Source of the DNA: Candidatus Olsenella stercoravium
GTDB taxonomy: Bacteria; Actinomycetota; Coriobacteriia; Coriobacteriales; Atopobiaceae
DNA length: 57,104 bases
NCBI GenBank assembly: GCA_019116265.1
Contig: DXBZ01000035.1
Coordinates: 1-57,104 of the forward strand
Direction of reading: 5' to 3'
Shown: piece by piece, positions 12,422 to 21,189 of the stretch
How positions within the stretch are numbered: the stretch's first letter is position 1
How the letters are laid out: each line of letters opens with the position of its first letter
Position numbers and translations under genes: made by a program
Notes under the pieces: model-generated
The model's database searches: none
What the model was told of the DNA's origin: nothing
What the model saw: the letters and a program-made list of their open reading frames with translations, nothing else

Positions 12422-13210
12422 GTGATTGGCTTGGCCGGTCGGCGGGATGGCTTTGTTGGGGTCTTTGACTCGGGCGTGGGCGGCATCAGCGTGCTGCGCT
12501 CGCTCGTGGAGGAGCTGCCGCACGAGGACTTCCGCTTCTTTGGGGACTCAGCCAACGCACCCTATGGCGAGAAGACCGAGGGGCAGGTGCTCGAGCTTTC
12601 CTGCGGCATCGTGAAGCGATTCGTCGACGAGGGGGCCAAGGCGATCGTGATCGCCTGCAACACGGCGACCTCCGTGGCGGCGCCGACCCTGCGCGCCGCC
12701 TATCCCGACGTACCGATCGTGGGCATCGAGCCCGCGCTCAAGCCTGCGGCGCGCGCCCTGCCGCACGGGAGGATCCTCGTCATGGCGACCGAGGTGACCC
12801 TGCGCCTTGAGAAGTATCACGAGCTCGTGCGCGCCTGGGGAGGGGAGTGCGAGGTCGTTCCCGTGCCCTGTCCGGGATTGGCTGCGCGCATAGAGCACGG
12901 GGACCTCGATGCCCCTGACGTCCTGGAGATGCTCGGGAGATACGTGGGTGCCCATGCGGGCCACGTTGACGGCGTGGTGCTCGGGTGCACGCACTACCCC
13001 TTCGTCCGTCGGCAGATAGCCGAGGTTCTTGGTCCTGACGTGCGCTTCTTTGACGGCGGGGCGGGTACCGCGCGCCAGCTCGGGGCACGCCTCGCCGACA
13101 CCGGCCTGCTTGCCGATCGCGACCGTTCCGGGCGCGTTGAGTTCGCGTCAAGCCTCGACACGCCTGAGGAGCTGGCCCTCTACGAGAGGTTCTTCTCGCT
13201 CTCGTGCTGA
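12422..13210 (+). CDS. murI: Glutamate racemase
   Basis: FDSGVGGISV, VIACNTATS, VLGCTHYPF; start (GTG 12422 or TTG 12431) uncertain. Confidence 0.95.
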   Translation: MIGLAGRRDGFVGVFDSGVGGISVLRSLVEELPHEDFRFFGDSANAPYGEKTEGQVLELSCGIVKRFVDEGAKAIVIACNTATSVAAPTLRAAYPDVPIVGIEPALKPAARALPHGRILVMATEVTLRLEKYHELVRAWGGECEVVPVPCPGLAARIEHGDLDAPDVLEMLGRYVGAHAGHVDGVVLGCTHYPFVRRQIAEVLGPDVRFFDGGAGTARQLGARLADTGLLADRDRSGRVEFASSLDTPEELALYERFFSLSC

Positions 13211-13216
13211 AGCAGA

Positions 13217-13342
13217 TTTATCTGGGTTCTTTTTTGGGTGGCCTTGAAGTAGCGGGTGCTCTCACCGCCAAGAACGTGCAGGTAGAAAAATGGCACCTCC
13301 CAAGTCGTACTTGGAAGGTGCCAGAAAAAGTACCCAGATAAA
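13217..13342. repeat. Intergenic inverted-repeat-bounded element
   Basis: TTTATCTGGGTTCTTTTT 13217-34 vs AAAAAGTACCCAGATAAA 13325-42 (17/18); inner hairpin TGGCACC...GGTGCCA. Confidence 0.8.
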
Positions 13343-13355
13343 GTCAGGAGCCTGA

Positions 13356-14240
13356 CTACGCGCGCTTCTCGCCCCAGAAGAAGAGGGCCACGGTGCCCGG
13401 GCCGGTGTGAACGCCGATCGTGGCGCCGATGGGGAAGATCTCGACCTTGCCGTTGAGCTTGGGGAACTTCGCCTCGATGCGGTTGGCCACCTCGCGGGCG
13501 TCGTCCTCGCAGTCGGACTGCGAGATGAAGCACTTGCCCGAGTAGTCGAGACCGCCCTCGGCGAGCTCCTCCATCTTCTCGACCACACGGTTCACGGCCT
13601 TGGCCTTGGTGCGGATCTTCTCCTTGACGGCGAGCGAGCCGTCGGGCTCCACGTCCATGACCGGGCAGATCTTGAGCATGCCGCCCACGAGGCCGGCGGC
13701 CTTGGAGATGCGACCGCCACGGACGAAGAACGTGAGGTCGGACGAGAAGAACCAGTGCTGGACCTCGCTCTTGTGCTCCTCGGCCCAGGCGGCGAGCTCG
13801 TCGATGCCCATGCCGGCGTCACGCAGGTCGGCGAGCTTGTCCATGAGCAGGCCGTAGCCGGAGGAGGCGGCGAGCGAGTCGATCACGATCACCTTGCGGT
13901 CGGGGTACCTCTCGGCGAGCTGGTCGCGTGCGGTGCAGGCGGAGTTGTAGGTGCCCGAGATGCCGGTGGAGAGCGTCACGTGCAGGACGTCCTTGCCGTC
14001 GGCCAGGAACTTCTCGAAGTGCTCCATGTAGTCGCCGGCGCTGATCTGCGAGGTCTTGGCCTCCGCGCCGGCAAGCATCTTGGCGTAGAGCTCAGAGGGG
14101 GAGTTGGTGGCGCCAAAGTCGTCCTTGCAGACCTCGCCGTTGAGGTAGTAGTTGAAGAAGAGGTACTCGATGTTGCGGCTCTCAAACCAGTCGTGGGTGA
14201 GGTCGGCCGTTGAGCAGCAGCTGAGAACGTACTCGGACAT
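13356..14240 (-). CDS. DegV family fatty-acid-binding protein
   Basis: KTSQIS, LSTGISGTYNSA, IDSLAASSGYGL, RGGRIS, IGVHTGPG. Confidence 0.93.
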   Translation of the reverse strand: MSEYVLSCCSTADLTHDWFESRNIEYLFFNYYLNGEVCKDDFGATNSPSELYAKMLAGAEAKTSQISAGDYMEHFEKFLADGKDVLHVTLSTGISGTYNSACTARDQLAERYPDRKVIVIDSLAASSGYGLLMDKLADLRDAGMGIDELAAWAEEHKSEVQHWFFSSDLTFFVRGGRISKAAGLVGGMLKICPVMDVEPDGSLAVKEKIRTKAKAVNRVVEKMEELAEGGLDYSGKCFISQSDCEDDAREVANRIEAKFPKLNGKVEIFPIGATIGVHTGPGTVALFFWGEKRA

Positions 14241-14305
14241 GGTATCCCCCTTCGGTTGCCTGCAAGGTTCAGCATAGCGCACCTTTGCTGCTCCCGCGAG
14301 CCTCG

Positions 14306-15547
14306 CTACGCGTCGTTGCCCGTCTCCTCGGCGACGAGCTGCGCGATCTCGTGCCTTCTGATGAGGCTGACGAGCAGCGGCATGACCAGCACGAGCAGGC
14401 TTGCGGAGACGAGCGTCCCCTGCACGCCCAGGACCTCGGCAAGCGCGGGCGCGCACAGCAGCGGTGCCACGCCGGCCACGTTGTTGCCAAAGCCGAGGAC
14501 GGCGTTGACGCGCCCGAGCACGCCGAGCGGAGCGTGGGACTGGACGAGCGTGTTGAGCAGCGGCGTGAGCATGCCAAAGGCCATGCCGAGCAGGATCTGG
14601 CCCGCGCAGGCGGCAACCAGCCATGACGTGCCCACGTAGAGCAGGGCGAAGATGCCCTCGGAGGCAAGGACCGCGAGCAGGGTGCGTATGTTGACGAGGC
14701 GCGCGGGAAGCCTCATGACCAGCATCGATCCCACGACGCCGCCCACGCCTGCCGCAGCGGAAAGCCACCCCATCCACTCCACGTCCACGCGGAGCACGTC
14801 GCGGTAGTAGAGCGACTCGAGCGGGTCAAAGGCACCGTAGCCAAGGAAGGAGAAGAAGCAGCTCCAGAACAGCAACGCGAGTGCGGCCGACCCAAAGACC
14901 GTGGAGAACCCGGCGCGCAGCGAGTCGTCCTTCGCGCCTGGGAGCGCCTCACCCGCATGGGGGTCGCGCACGGGACGAAAGCCCAGCGCCGGCACCATGC
15001 CCATGAGCGCACAGACGCCGAGCAGCCAGAAGACCGCCTGCGGAGACGCCGCCGAGGCGACGATGCCGCCGGCGAGCGGCCCCACGATTACGGCGATGTT
15101 GGAGACGGTGTAGACGACGGAGTTGATGGTCTTGAGCTCGTCCGGATCGTCGCTGAGGTAGGCAGGAAACGATTTGGCTACGAGGTCGCCCATGCCCCAG
15201 GAGGCGCCGAGCAGTGCGGCGCCCACGAGCACGCCTTCGGTGCTTTGGGCAAAGAGCTGGTAGAGCAGGGAGGTGGCGACGAGCGCGCCCACGACCACGC
15301 AGAAGAACCGTCTTGGCCCCACGCGGTCGAGCAGCGGGCCGCCCACGAAGGAGCCTAGGACGATGCAGCCGTTGAGCAGGACGATTCCCAGGGCGTTCTC
15401 GGTCACGCCGCCACCAAAGGCATAGGTGAGCGTGCCCACCACGCCGATGAAGTAGGCGCACTGCATGCCAAGGTAGATGGCAAGACGCATGAGGACGAGG
15501 CGCCTCGCCATGGGCGAGAGCGACCTCAGGCTGCCGAGAAACCCCAT
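14306..15547 (-). CDS. MFS transporter
   Basis: About 12 TM segments; GPLLDRVGPRR motif A; LGRVNA. Confidence 0.85.
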   Translation of the reverse strand: MGFLGSLRSLSPMARRLVLMRLAIYLGMQCAYFIGVVGTLTYAFGGGVTENALGIVLLNGCIVLGSFVGGPLLDRVGPRRFFCVVVGALVATSLLYQLFAQSTEGVLVGAALLGASWGMGDLVAKSFPAYLSDDPDELKTINSVVYTVSNIAVIVGPLAGGIVASAASPQAVFWLLGVCALMGMVPALGFRPVRDPHAGEALPGAKDDSLRAGFSTVFGSAALALLFWSCFFSFLGYGAFDPLESLYYRDVLRVDVEWMGWLSAAAGVGGVVGSMLVMRLPARLVNIRTLLAVLASEGIFALLYVGTSWLVAACAGQILLGMAFGMLTPLLNTLVQSHAPLGVLGRVNAVLGFGNNVAGVAPLLCAPALAEVLGVQGTLVSASLLVLVMPLLVSLIRRHEIAQLVAEETGNDA

Positions 15548-15558
15548 GGGGGGCGCGA

Positions 15559-16002
15559 CTATGCGAGCTGCGGACCGGCGAGGAGGGTGCGGGCGCGCTC
15601 GCCGAGCACGCCAACGGCCTCGTAGGGCTCCCAGACGTCCTCGACGGAGGCGTCCATCGGGCACTGGCCGTTCTTGGTGCGGTTCTGGATGTGGGGCACG
15701 AGCGCGTCGTAGCTCGTGGCTATGCCCGCAGCAAGAAGGACCGCGCGCCCGGTCCAGGACATGACGGGGGAGAAGACAGCGTCGGGGCCGAGCACGGCGT
15801 AGAGCAGGGCGGGCGCCTTGCCCACGATCTTGTCGGCCACCGAGAAGCCCGTGAGGTCGCGACCCTCGCGCACCCAGGCGAGCAGGGGCTTGATCCCGCG
15901 CTCGGTAACGGTGATCACCTCGTCGTCGCGGACGGCCACGAGTGTGGCGTCCTTGTCGGCGATCAGCAGGGCTCGGGCAAGATCGAGGTCGGTGGCAGCC
16001 AT
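15559..16002 (-). CDS. DUF1893 domain protein
   Basis: RGIKPLL, VADKIVGKAPALL, IQNRTKNGQCPMD; RBS GGAGG. Confidence 0.8.
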   Translation of the reverse strand: MAATDLDLARALLIADKDATLVAVRDDEVITVTERGIKPLLAWVREGRDLTGFSVADKIVGKAPALLYAVLGPDAVFSPVMSWTGRAVLLAAGIATSYDALVPHIQNRTKNGQCPMDASVEDVWEPYEAVGVLGERARTLLAGPQLA

Positions 16003-16300
16003 GTTCGCATCCTCCCAACAGCGGCGAGAATCTCTTTCAGCGGGCACTCTACCACAACGGTGGAAGGCGGCAATACCGCTTACCGAAATCGACGCGCTCA
16101 AAAAACGTGCCCAGATACGGCCGGGCGAGAAACATGCTGAGAAAAGTGCTCGGTTTACGAGAAAGTAGCGTCCCCAGGTTCTTCTCGCCAGGCGAATCCT
16201 GCGGAAACGTCACTCGGGTACGGACCGCTGTCGTATTTTGAGCGCTTTTCTGCGCACGATTTAGCGGTCACCGTATATGGACGCCATTCCTACGCAGAAC

Positions 16301-16326
16301 GGGCCGCCACCCGGAGGTGACGGCCC
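16301..16326 (-). terminator. Probable terminator hairpin after the GGGtGRT gene
   Basis: 11-bp stem GGGCCGTCACC/GGTGGCGGCCC on the minus strand; weak U tract. Confidence 0.5.
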
Positions 16327-16351
16327 GCAAACGACGCTATGTCGAGAAGGA

Positions 16352-17356
16352 CTACTCGTTCAGAGCGGCGTTGACGGCGACGGCGCAGGCGACGGTCGCA
16401 CCGACCATGGGGTTGTTGCCCATGCCGATGAGGCCCATCATGTCGACGTGCGCGGGCACCGAGGAGGAGCCGGCGAACTGGGCGCTGGAGTGCATGCGGC
16501 CCATGGTGTCGGTCATGCCGTAGGAGGCGGGGCCGGCAGCCATGTTGTCCGGGTGCAGGGTGCGTCCGGTGCCGCCGCCGGAGGCGACGGAGAAGTACTT
16601 CTTGCCGGCGAGCACGCGCTCCTTGAAGTAGGTGCCGGCAACCGGGTGCTGGAAGCGCGTCGGGTTGGTGGAGTTGCCGGTGATGGAGATGTCGACGTTC
16701 TCGTGCCACATGATGGCAACGCCCTCGCGGACGTCGTCGGCACCGTAGCAGTTGACCTCGGCGCGCGGGCCGTCGGAGTACGGGATGGTCTCCACGACCT
16801 TGAGCTCGCCGGTGAAGTAGTCAAACTGGGTCTTCACGTAGGTGAAGCCGTTGATGCGGGCGATGATCTGGGCGGCGTCCTTGCCGAGGCCGTTCAGGAT
16901 GACGCGCAGCGGCTTCTTGCGGGCCTTGTTGGCGTTGAGCGCGATGCCGATGGCACCCTCGGCGGCCGCGAAGGACTCGTGGCCGGCCAGGAACGCGAAG
17001 CACTCGGTGTCGTCACCGAGGAGCATGGCGCCCAGGTCGCCGTGACCCTTGCCGACCTTGCGGTCCTCGGCGACGGAGCCGGGGACGCAGAAGGCCTGGA
17101 GGCCCTCGCCGATCATGGCGGCGGCCTCAGAGGCGCTCTTGGCGCCCTTCTTGATGGCGATGGCGCAGCCGCAGACGTAGGCCCACTTGGCGTTCTCGAA
17201 CGCGATGGACTGGACGCCCTCGACGATCTCGCGCGGGTTCACGCCCTTGTCGAGGCAGATCTGCTCGGCCTCCTCGAGGGAGGAGATGCCGTTCTCAGCG
17301 AGCACCTTGTTGATCTTGTCGATGCGGCGCTCATAGCCCTCAAACGAAACTGCCAT
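16352..17356 (-). CDS. GGGtGRT family protein (function unknown)
   Basis: Contains the signature SVASGGGTGRTLHPDN and LAGHESFAAAEGAI. Confidence 0.93.
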   Translation of the reverse strand: MAVSFEGYERRIDKINKVLAENGISSLEEAEQICLDKGVNPREIVEGVQSIAFENAKWAYVCGCAIAIKKGAKSASEAAAMIGEGLQAFCVPGSVAEDRKVGKGHGDLGAMLLGDDTECFAFLAGHESFAAAEGAIGIALNANKARKKPLRVILNGLGKDAAQIIARINGFTYVKTQFDYFTGELKVVETIPYSDGPRAEVNCYGADDVREGVAIMWHENVDISITGNSTNPTRFQHPVAGTYFKERVLAGKKYFSVASGGGTGRTLHPDNMAAGPASYGMTDTMGRMHSSAQFAGSSSVPAHVDMMGLIGMGNNPMVGATVACAVAVNAALNE

Positions 17357-17374
17357 TTGGTTTTCCCTCCCTTT

Positions 17375-18109
17375 CTACTCGTGAACGGGGAAGACGTTGG
17401 CGACCGTGTGGGTCTCCTCGTCCGTGCGCGGATCGATGTACTTGGCGGCGTTCTCCCACTGGCCGTAGTGGCCCATGGCGCCGGCGATGGCGTCCTCGGG
17501 GGTCTTGCCGGCCTTGAGGGCCTCGGTGAACTTACCGAGGTTCAGGAACTCAAAGGCCACGATCTCGTTGTTCTCGTTGAGCGCCATGCGGGTGACGTAG
17601 CCCTGGGCGAGCTCGAGGTAGCGGGCGCCCTTGGCCTTGGTGCCAAACATGGTGCCGACCTGCGTGCGCAGGCCCTTGCCGAGGTCGTCGAGGGAGGCGC
17701 CGACGGGCAGGCCGTCCTCGGAGAAGGCGGTCTGGGAGCGGCCGTAGACGATCTGGAGGAACAGCTCGCGCATGGCCACGTTGATGGCGTCGCAGACGAG
17801 GTCGGTGTTGAGGGCCTCGAGGATGGTCTTGCCCGGGAGGATCTCGGAGGCCATGGCCGCCGAGTGGGTCATGCCGGAGCAGCCGAGGGTCTCGACGAGG
17901 CACTCCTCGATGACGCCCTCCTTGACGTTGAGGGTGAGCTTGCAGGCACCCTGCTGGGGCGCGCACCAGCCCACACCGTGCGTGAGGCCGGAGATGTCCT
18001 TGATCTCCTTGGCCTGGACCCACTTGCCCTCCTCGGGGATGGGCGCGGGGCCGTGATATGCGCCCTTGGCAACGGGGCACATATTCTCGACTTCTGCGGA
18101 ATACTGCAT
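17375..18109 (-). CDS. NifU/IscU-like protein, partner of GGGtGRT
   Basis: HGVGWCAPQQGACKL, GCSGMTHSA, LVCDAIN; directly upstream of GGGtGRT. Confidence 0.85.
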   Translation of the reverse strand: MQYSAEVENMCPVAKGAYHGPAPIPEEGKWVQAKEIKDISGLTHGVGWCAPQQGACKLTLNVKEGVIEECLVETLGCSGMTHSAAMASEILPGKTILEALNTDLVCDAINVAMRELFLQIVYGRSQTAFSEDGLPVGASLDDLGKGLRTQVGTMFGTKAKGARYLELAQGYVTRMALNENNEIVAFEFLNLGKFTEALKAGKTPEDAIAGAMGHYGQWENAAKYIDPRTDEETHTVANVFPVHE

Positions 18110-18229
18110 GTAGTGCTCCTCTCCGTAAATCTCAGGTCGGTGCCATGCGACCGGCCGTGTTGCCAGTCTGCTCTAGTTTACGGCAAAACGGTGGGCGAGA
18201 AGAGCGTGGCGGCGCTATAATTCCGCCCC

Positions 18230-19150
18230 ATGAGTGCAGAGAAGGACATCAACGGCTCCACCCCGTCGTGGGTCTGGAAGCTCTCCCTCGCGGGGGCCGC
18301 CGCCATCTGGGGCGGCTCGTTCGTCGTCATGAAGGACACGCTCGACGCCATCTCCCCCGCGTGGCTCATGGCCACGCGCTTTCTCTTGGCGTCCGTGCTC
18401 GTGGGGGCGCTCTTCTGGCGCACCCTGCGCGCCAACCTTGACGTGAGCCGTCTTGCCATGGGCGCCATCCTCGGCCTGGTGTGGGGGGCGGCCTACCTGG
18501 TGCAAAACATCGGCCTCGACGACACCACGCCGGGCAGAAACGCCTTTCTCACCGCCACGTACTGCGTCATGACGCCGTTCATCAACTGGGTCGTGGCGCG
18601 GGCGCGCCCGAGTGGGGGCAACCTCGCCGCCGCCCTTCTCGCCATCGTGGGCGTGGGGCTGGTCGCGCTCGGCGACGACCTCTCCCTCGCCATGAGTCGC
18701 GGCGACTGGCTCACGCTCGTGGGGGCGGTGCTCTTTGCCGTGCACATCGTGCTCGTGGCGCGCTTCTCGTCGGCCCATGACGTCATGACGCTCACCGTGG
18801 TCCAGCTCGTGGTTGGTGCGCTGCTCGCGCTCGCGGTGGCGCTCGCGAGCGAGGTGCCGCCGACCCCGGCGACCTTTGCGAGTCCGGACGTCTGGGTCTC
18901 CCTCGCCTATCTCGTGGTCCTCTCGTCGGGCGTGTGCACGGTCCTGCAGAACGTGGGGCAGGCGCACGTGCCGCCCGCGCAGGCGTCGCTTCTGCTCTCG
19001 CTCGAGAGCGTCTTTGCCGTGGTGGCGAGCGTGCTCTTCTACCACGAGCTCGTCACGCCGAGGATCGCGCTCGGATTTGCCACGATCTTCGTCGCCGTGC
19101 TCGTGAACGAGCTCGGAGCGGGACATCGATCAGGAAAGAGGTCCGCATGA
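18230..19150 (+). CDS. EamA/DMT family transporter
   Basis: IWGGSFVVMK, about 10 TM segments, LLSLESVFA; TATAAT just upstream (possibly leaderless). Confidence 0.88.
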   Translation: MSAEKDINGSTPSWVWKLSLAGAAAIWGGSFVVMKDTLDAISPAWLMATRFLLASVLVGALFWRTLRANLDVSRLAMGAILGLVWGAAYLVQNIGLDDTTPGRNAFLTATYCVMTPFINWVVARARPSGGNLAAALLAIVGVGLVALGDDLSLAMSRGDWLTLVGAVLFAVHIVLVARFSSAHDVMTLTVVQLVVGALLALAVALASEVPPTPATFASPDVWVSLAYLVVLSSGVCTVLQNVGQAHVPPAQASLLLSLESVFAVVASVLFYHELVTPRIALGFATIFVAVLVNELGAGHRSGKRSA

Positions 19151-20046
19151 TCCAGGAGTTTGGGGCGGAGCACGCCTTTGACAACCATTTTGAGTCGCAT
19201 GAGGCGGGCGAGAAGGACCACCTGCTGCACTTCACGGCGGCGGGGTGCCTCGCCCGCGTGACGCACGTGGGTGGCACCGATGCCGACGCCGGCGACTCCG
19301 GCGAGGTCGTGGAGCTGCCGCGCCTGGCGGACTACCCGCGCAGGCCCGCCCGCGTGACCTATCTCTTCTCGCTTGGCGATCAGCGCTTCTTCCTCGCGCT
19401 CGACGACCGCGTGAGCGCGCCGGCGGGCTTTGCCTACGAGTCCGTGAGCTGGCTGCGCCACGCCGAGCCCCAGCACCTGCTCTTTGCCGCTGCGACCGCC
19501 TCCCAGCTCGACCGCTGGTATCGTGACAACCGCTTCTGCGGTCGCTGCGGCGCGCCGACCGAGCTGGGGCCCCTGAGCCGGGAGATCGTCTGCCCGGAGT
19601 GCGCCAAGATCGTCTACCCCAAGATCTGCCCCGGCACCATCTGCGCCGTCGTGCGCCTCGCCGACGACCCGGCCGACGACGCAATCGTGCTCACGCGCTA
19701 CGCCGGGCGAACGACGGCGCTCTGGGCGCTCGTCGCCGGCTTCACCGAGATCGGCGAGCCGCTCGAGGACACGGTGCGCCGCGAGGTCAGGGAGGAGGTC
19801 GGCCTCTCCGTCAAGAACCTGCGCTTCTACAAGAGCCAGCCGTGGAGCTTCACCGACACGCTCATGGTCGGCTTCTGGTGTGAGGTGGACGGTGACGCGA
19901 CCATCACCGTGGACCGCTCCGAGCTCAAGGAGGCCCGCTGGTTCCGCCGCAACGAGATCCCCCTCGAGCGCACGAACGACCGCGCGAGCCTCACGGGCGA
20001 GATGATCGAGCGCTTCCGCACGATGGGCCGCGCCGCCTGGGAGTAG
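19147..20046 (+). CDS. nudC: NAD(+)/NADH diphosphatase NudC
   Basis: Zn ribbon FCGRCG...CPEC; Nudix box AGFTEIGEPLEDTVRREVREEVG; SQPW motif. Confidence 0.92.
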   Translation: MIQEFGAEHAFDNHFESHEAGEKDHLLHFTAAGCLARVTHVGGTDADAGDSGEVVELPRLADYPRRPARVTYLFSLGDQRFFLALDDRVSAPAGFAYESVSWLRHAEPQHLLFAAATASQLDRWYRDNRFCGRCGAPTELGPLSREIVCPECAKIVYPKICPGTICAVVRLADDPADDAIVLTRYAGRTTALWALVAGFTEIGEPLEDTVRREVREEVGLSVKNLRFYKSQPWSFTDTLMVGFWCEVDGDATITVDRSELKEARWFRRNEIPLERTNDRASLTGEMIERFRTMGRAAWE

Positions 20047-20050
20047 GGCG

Positions 20051-20299
20051 CTACTCGCCAACCTCCCCGAGCGTCTGCTCCTCGGCGAGCTCCTCGGGGG
20101 TCATGTAGTCGATGATGTCGCCCGGCTTGCAGCGCAGGACCTGGCAGAGCGCCTCGAGCGTGGAGAACCGCATGCCCCTGATGTGACCGTTCTTGATGTT
20201 GGACAGGTTCACCGTTGAGGTTCCCACCCGCTTTGCAAGCTCCGTGGAGGAAATCTTTCTTTCGGCCATGACACGGTCGAGCCGTATGACGATGGGCAC
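20051..20299 (-). CDS. XRE family HTH regulator (YozG-like)
   Basis: IRLDRVMAERKISSTELA...RFSTLEALC...CKPGDI; RBS GAGGTG. Confidence 0.88.
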   Translation of the reverse strand: MPIVIRLDRVMAERKISSTELAKRVGTSTVNLSNIKNGHIRGMRFSTLEALCQVLRCKPGDIIDYMTPEELAEEQTLGEVGE

Positions 20300-20337
20300 C
20301 TCATCACCTCTTTCAGTGGGGGACTGATGGCCCTATT

Positions 20338-20832
20338 CTACGCGATACTGTCCGAATCCTCCTTGAGCAAGTTGCCATATCGGTTTACGAGCGCCAGACA
20401 GAAGAGAAAAACGGCAAAGCTGAACATCAACGGGTTGATGCCGGGCTGTGAGGTCGCCCCCATGGGAAGGGAGCCGCCGAGGAGCTGGACGTCGTAGCTC
20501 GGCGAGGAGCCAAAGAGGTCGAGCGAGGTGTTGAGGACGAGGAGCAGCCCCGCCGTGACGAGCCGCGCCGACTGGCCGCGGCCAAACGGGGAGCTGCTCC
20601 TCCCGAAGTTTCGGAGGAACTCCGCGAGGAGAACAGTCGCGACGACTGCGGACGCGTGCTTGAGCAGCCGCAGGAGCGCCAGCGTGTCATGGGAGAGGGC
20701 CCCTCGGACAAGGGCGGAGCCGCTGACGAGCGCGACGGCGGCGAGCAGGGTCGCCATGACGTACATGCAGATGGTGCCTATGAGCGCCGTTCGCTTGGCG
20801 CGACGATACTCTCCCAGAATGTTCTCGGTCAC
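20338..20832 (-). CDS. DUF2975-like membrane protein
   Basis: 4 TM segments, SPF motif, C-terminal YGNLLKEDSDSI; usual partner of YozG-like HTH genes. Confidence 0.75.
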   Translation of the reverse strand: MTENILGEYRRAKRTALIGTICMYVMATLLAAVALVSGSALVRGALSHDTLALLRLLKHASAVVATVLLAEFLRNFGRSSSPFGRGQSARLVTAGLLLVLNTSLDLFGSSPSYDVQLLGGSLPMGATSQPGINPLMFSFAVFLFCLALVNRYGNLLKEDSDSIA

Positions 20833-20848
20833 GGTTTCCTCCTAGGGC

Positions 20849-20917
20849 CTAGAATCCAATCACGACGGGTCCGATGTAGATGCAGTCAGTGCGACTGACG
20901 GTGATCTCGAACAGCAT
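20849..20917 (-). CDS. Putative 22-aa small ORF (MLFEITVSRTDCIYIGPVVIGF)
   Basis: Strong SD GGAGGTG shortly before ATG 20917; stop lies just before the SD of the DUF2975 gene. Confidence 0.4.
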   Translation of the reverse strand: MLFEITVSRTDCIYIGPVVIGF

Positions 20918-20944
20918 CTCAGCCACCTCCTCCTATATTGAAGT

Positions 20945-21175
20945 TGCCACTTCTCGCGCAGTGGCCGCGCTTCTTTACCCGTAGACGCGAATATGGGATA
21001 AAGGGCGCGAACGGGGCGGAGGGCGCGCGCTCCTCCTTGGGGTACGGCCCCTGTCGAGAGAATCGCGCCTCCGGCCCGCGGGTGGACGCGGATTAGGCAG
21101 AATGGCGTTCGGCGCCGGATCTCCCAGGAGGTTGCGCCCGCGGATTCCGAAGGAAAACCTTCGTCCCGCCGAGAG
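20945..21175 (+). ncRNA. Putative IS110 bridge RNA (target- and donor-binding loops)
   Basis: Two stem/internal-loop/hairpin units (21018-21072, 21076-21143) downstream of the junction -10 box; loop sequences match the reconstructed target; ends approximate. Confidence 0.65.
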
Positions 21176-21189
21176 GACGGAGGGGAAAG

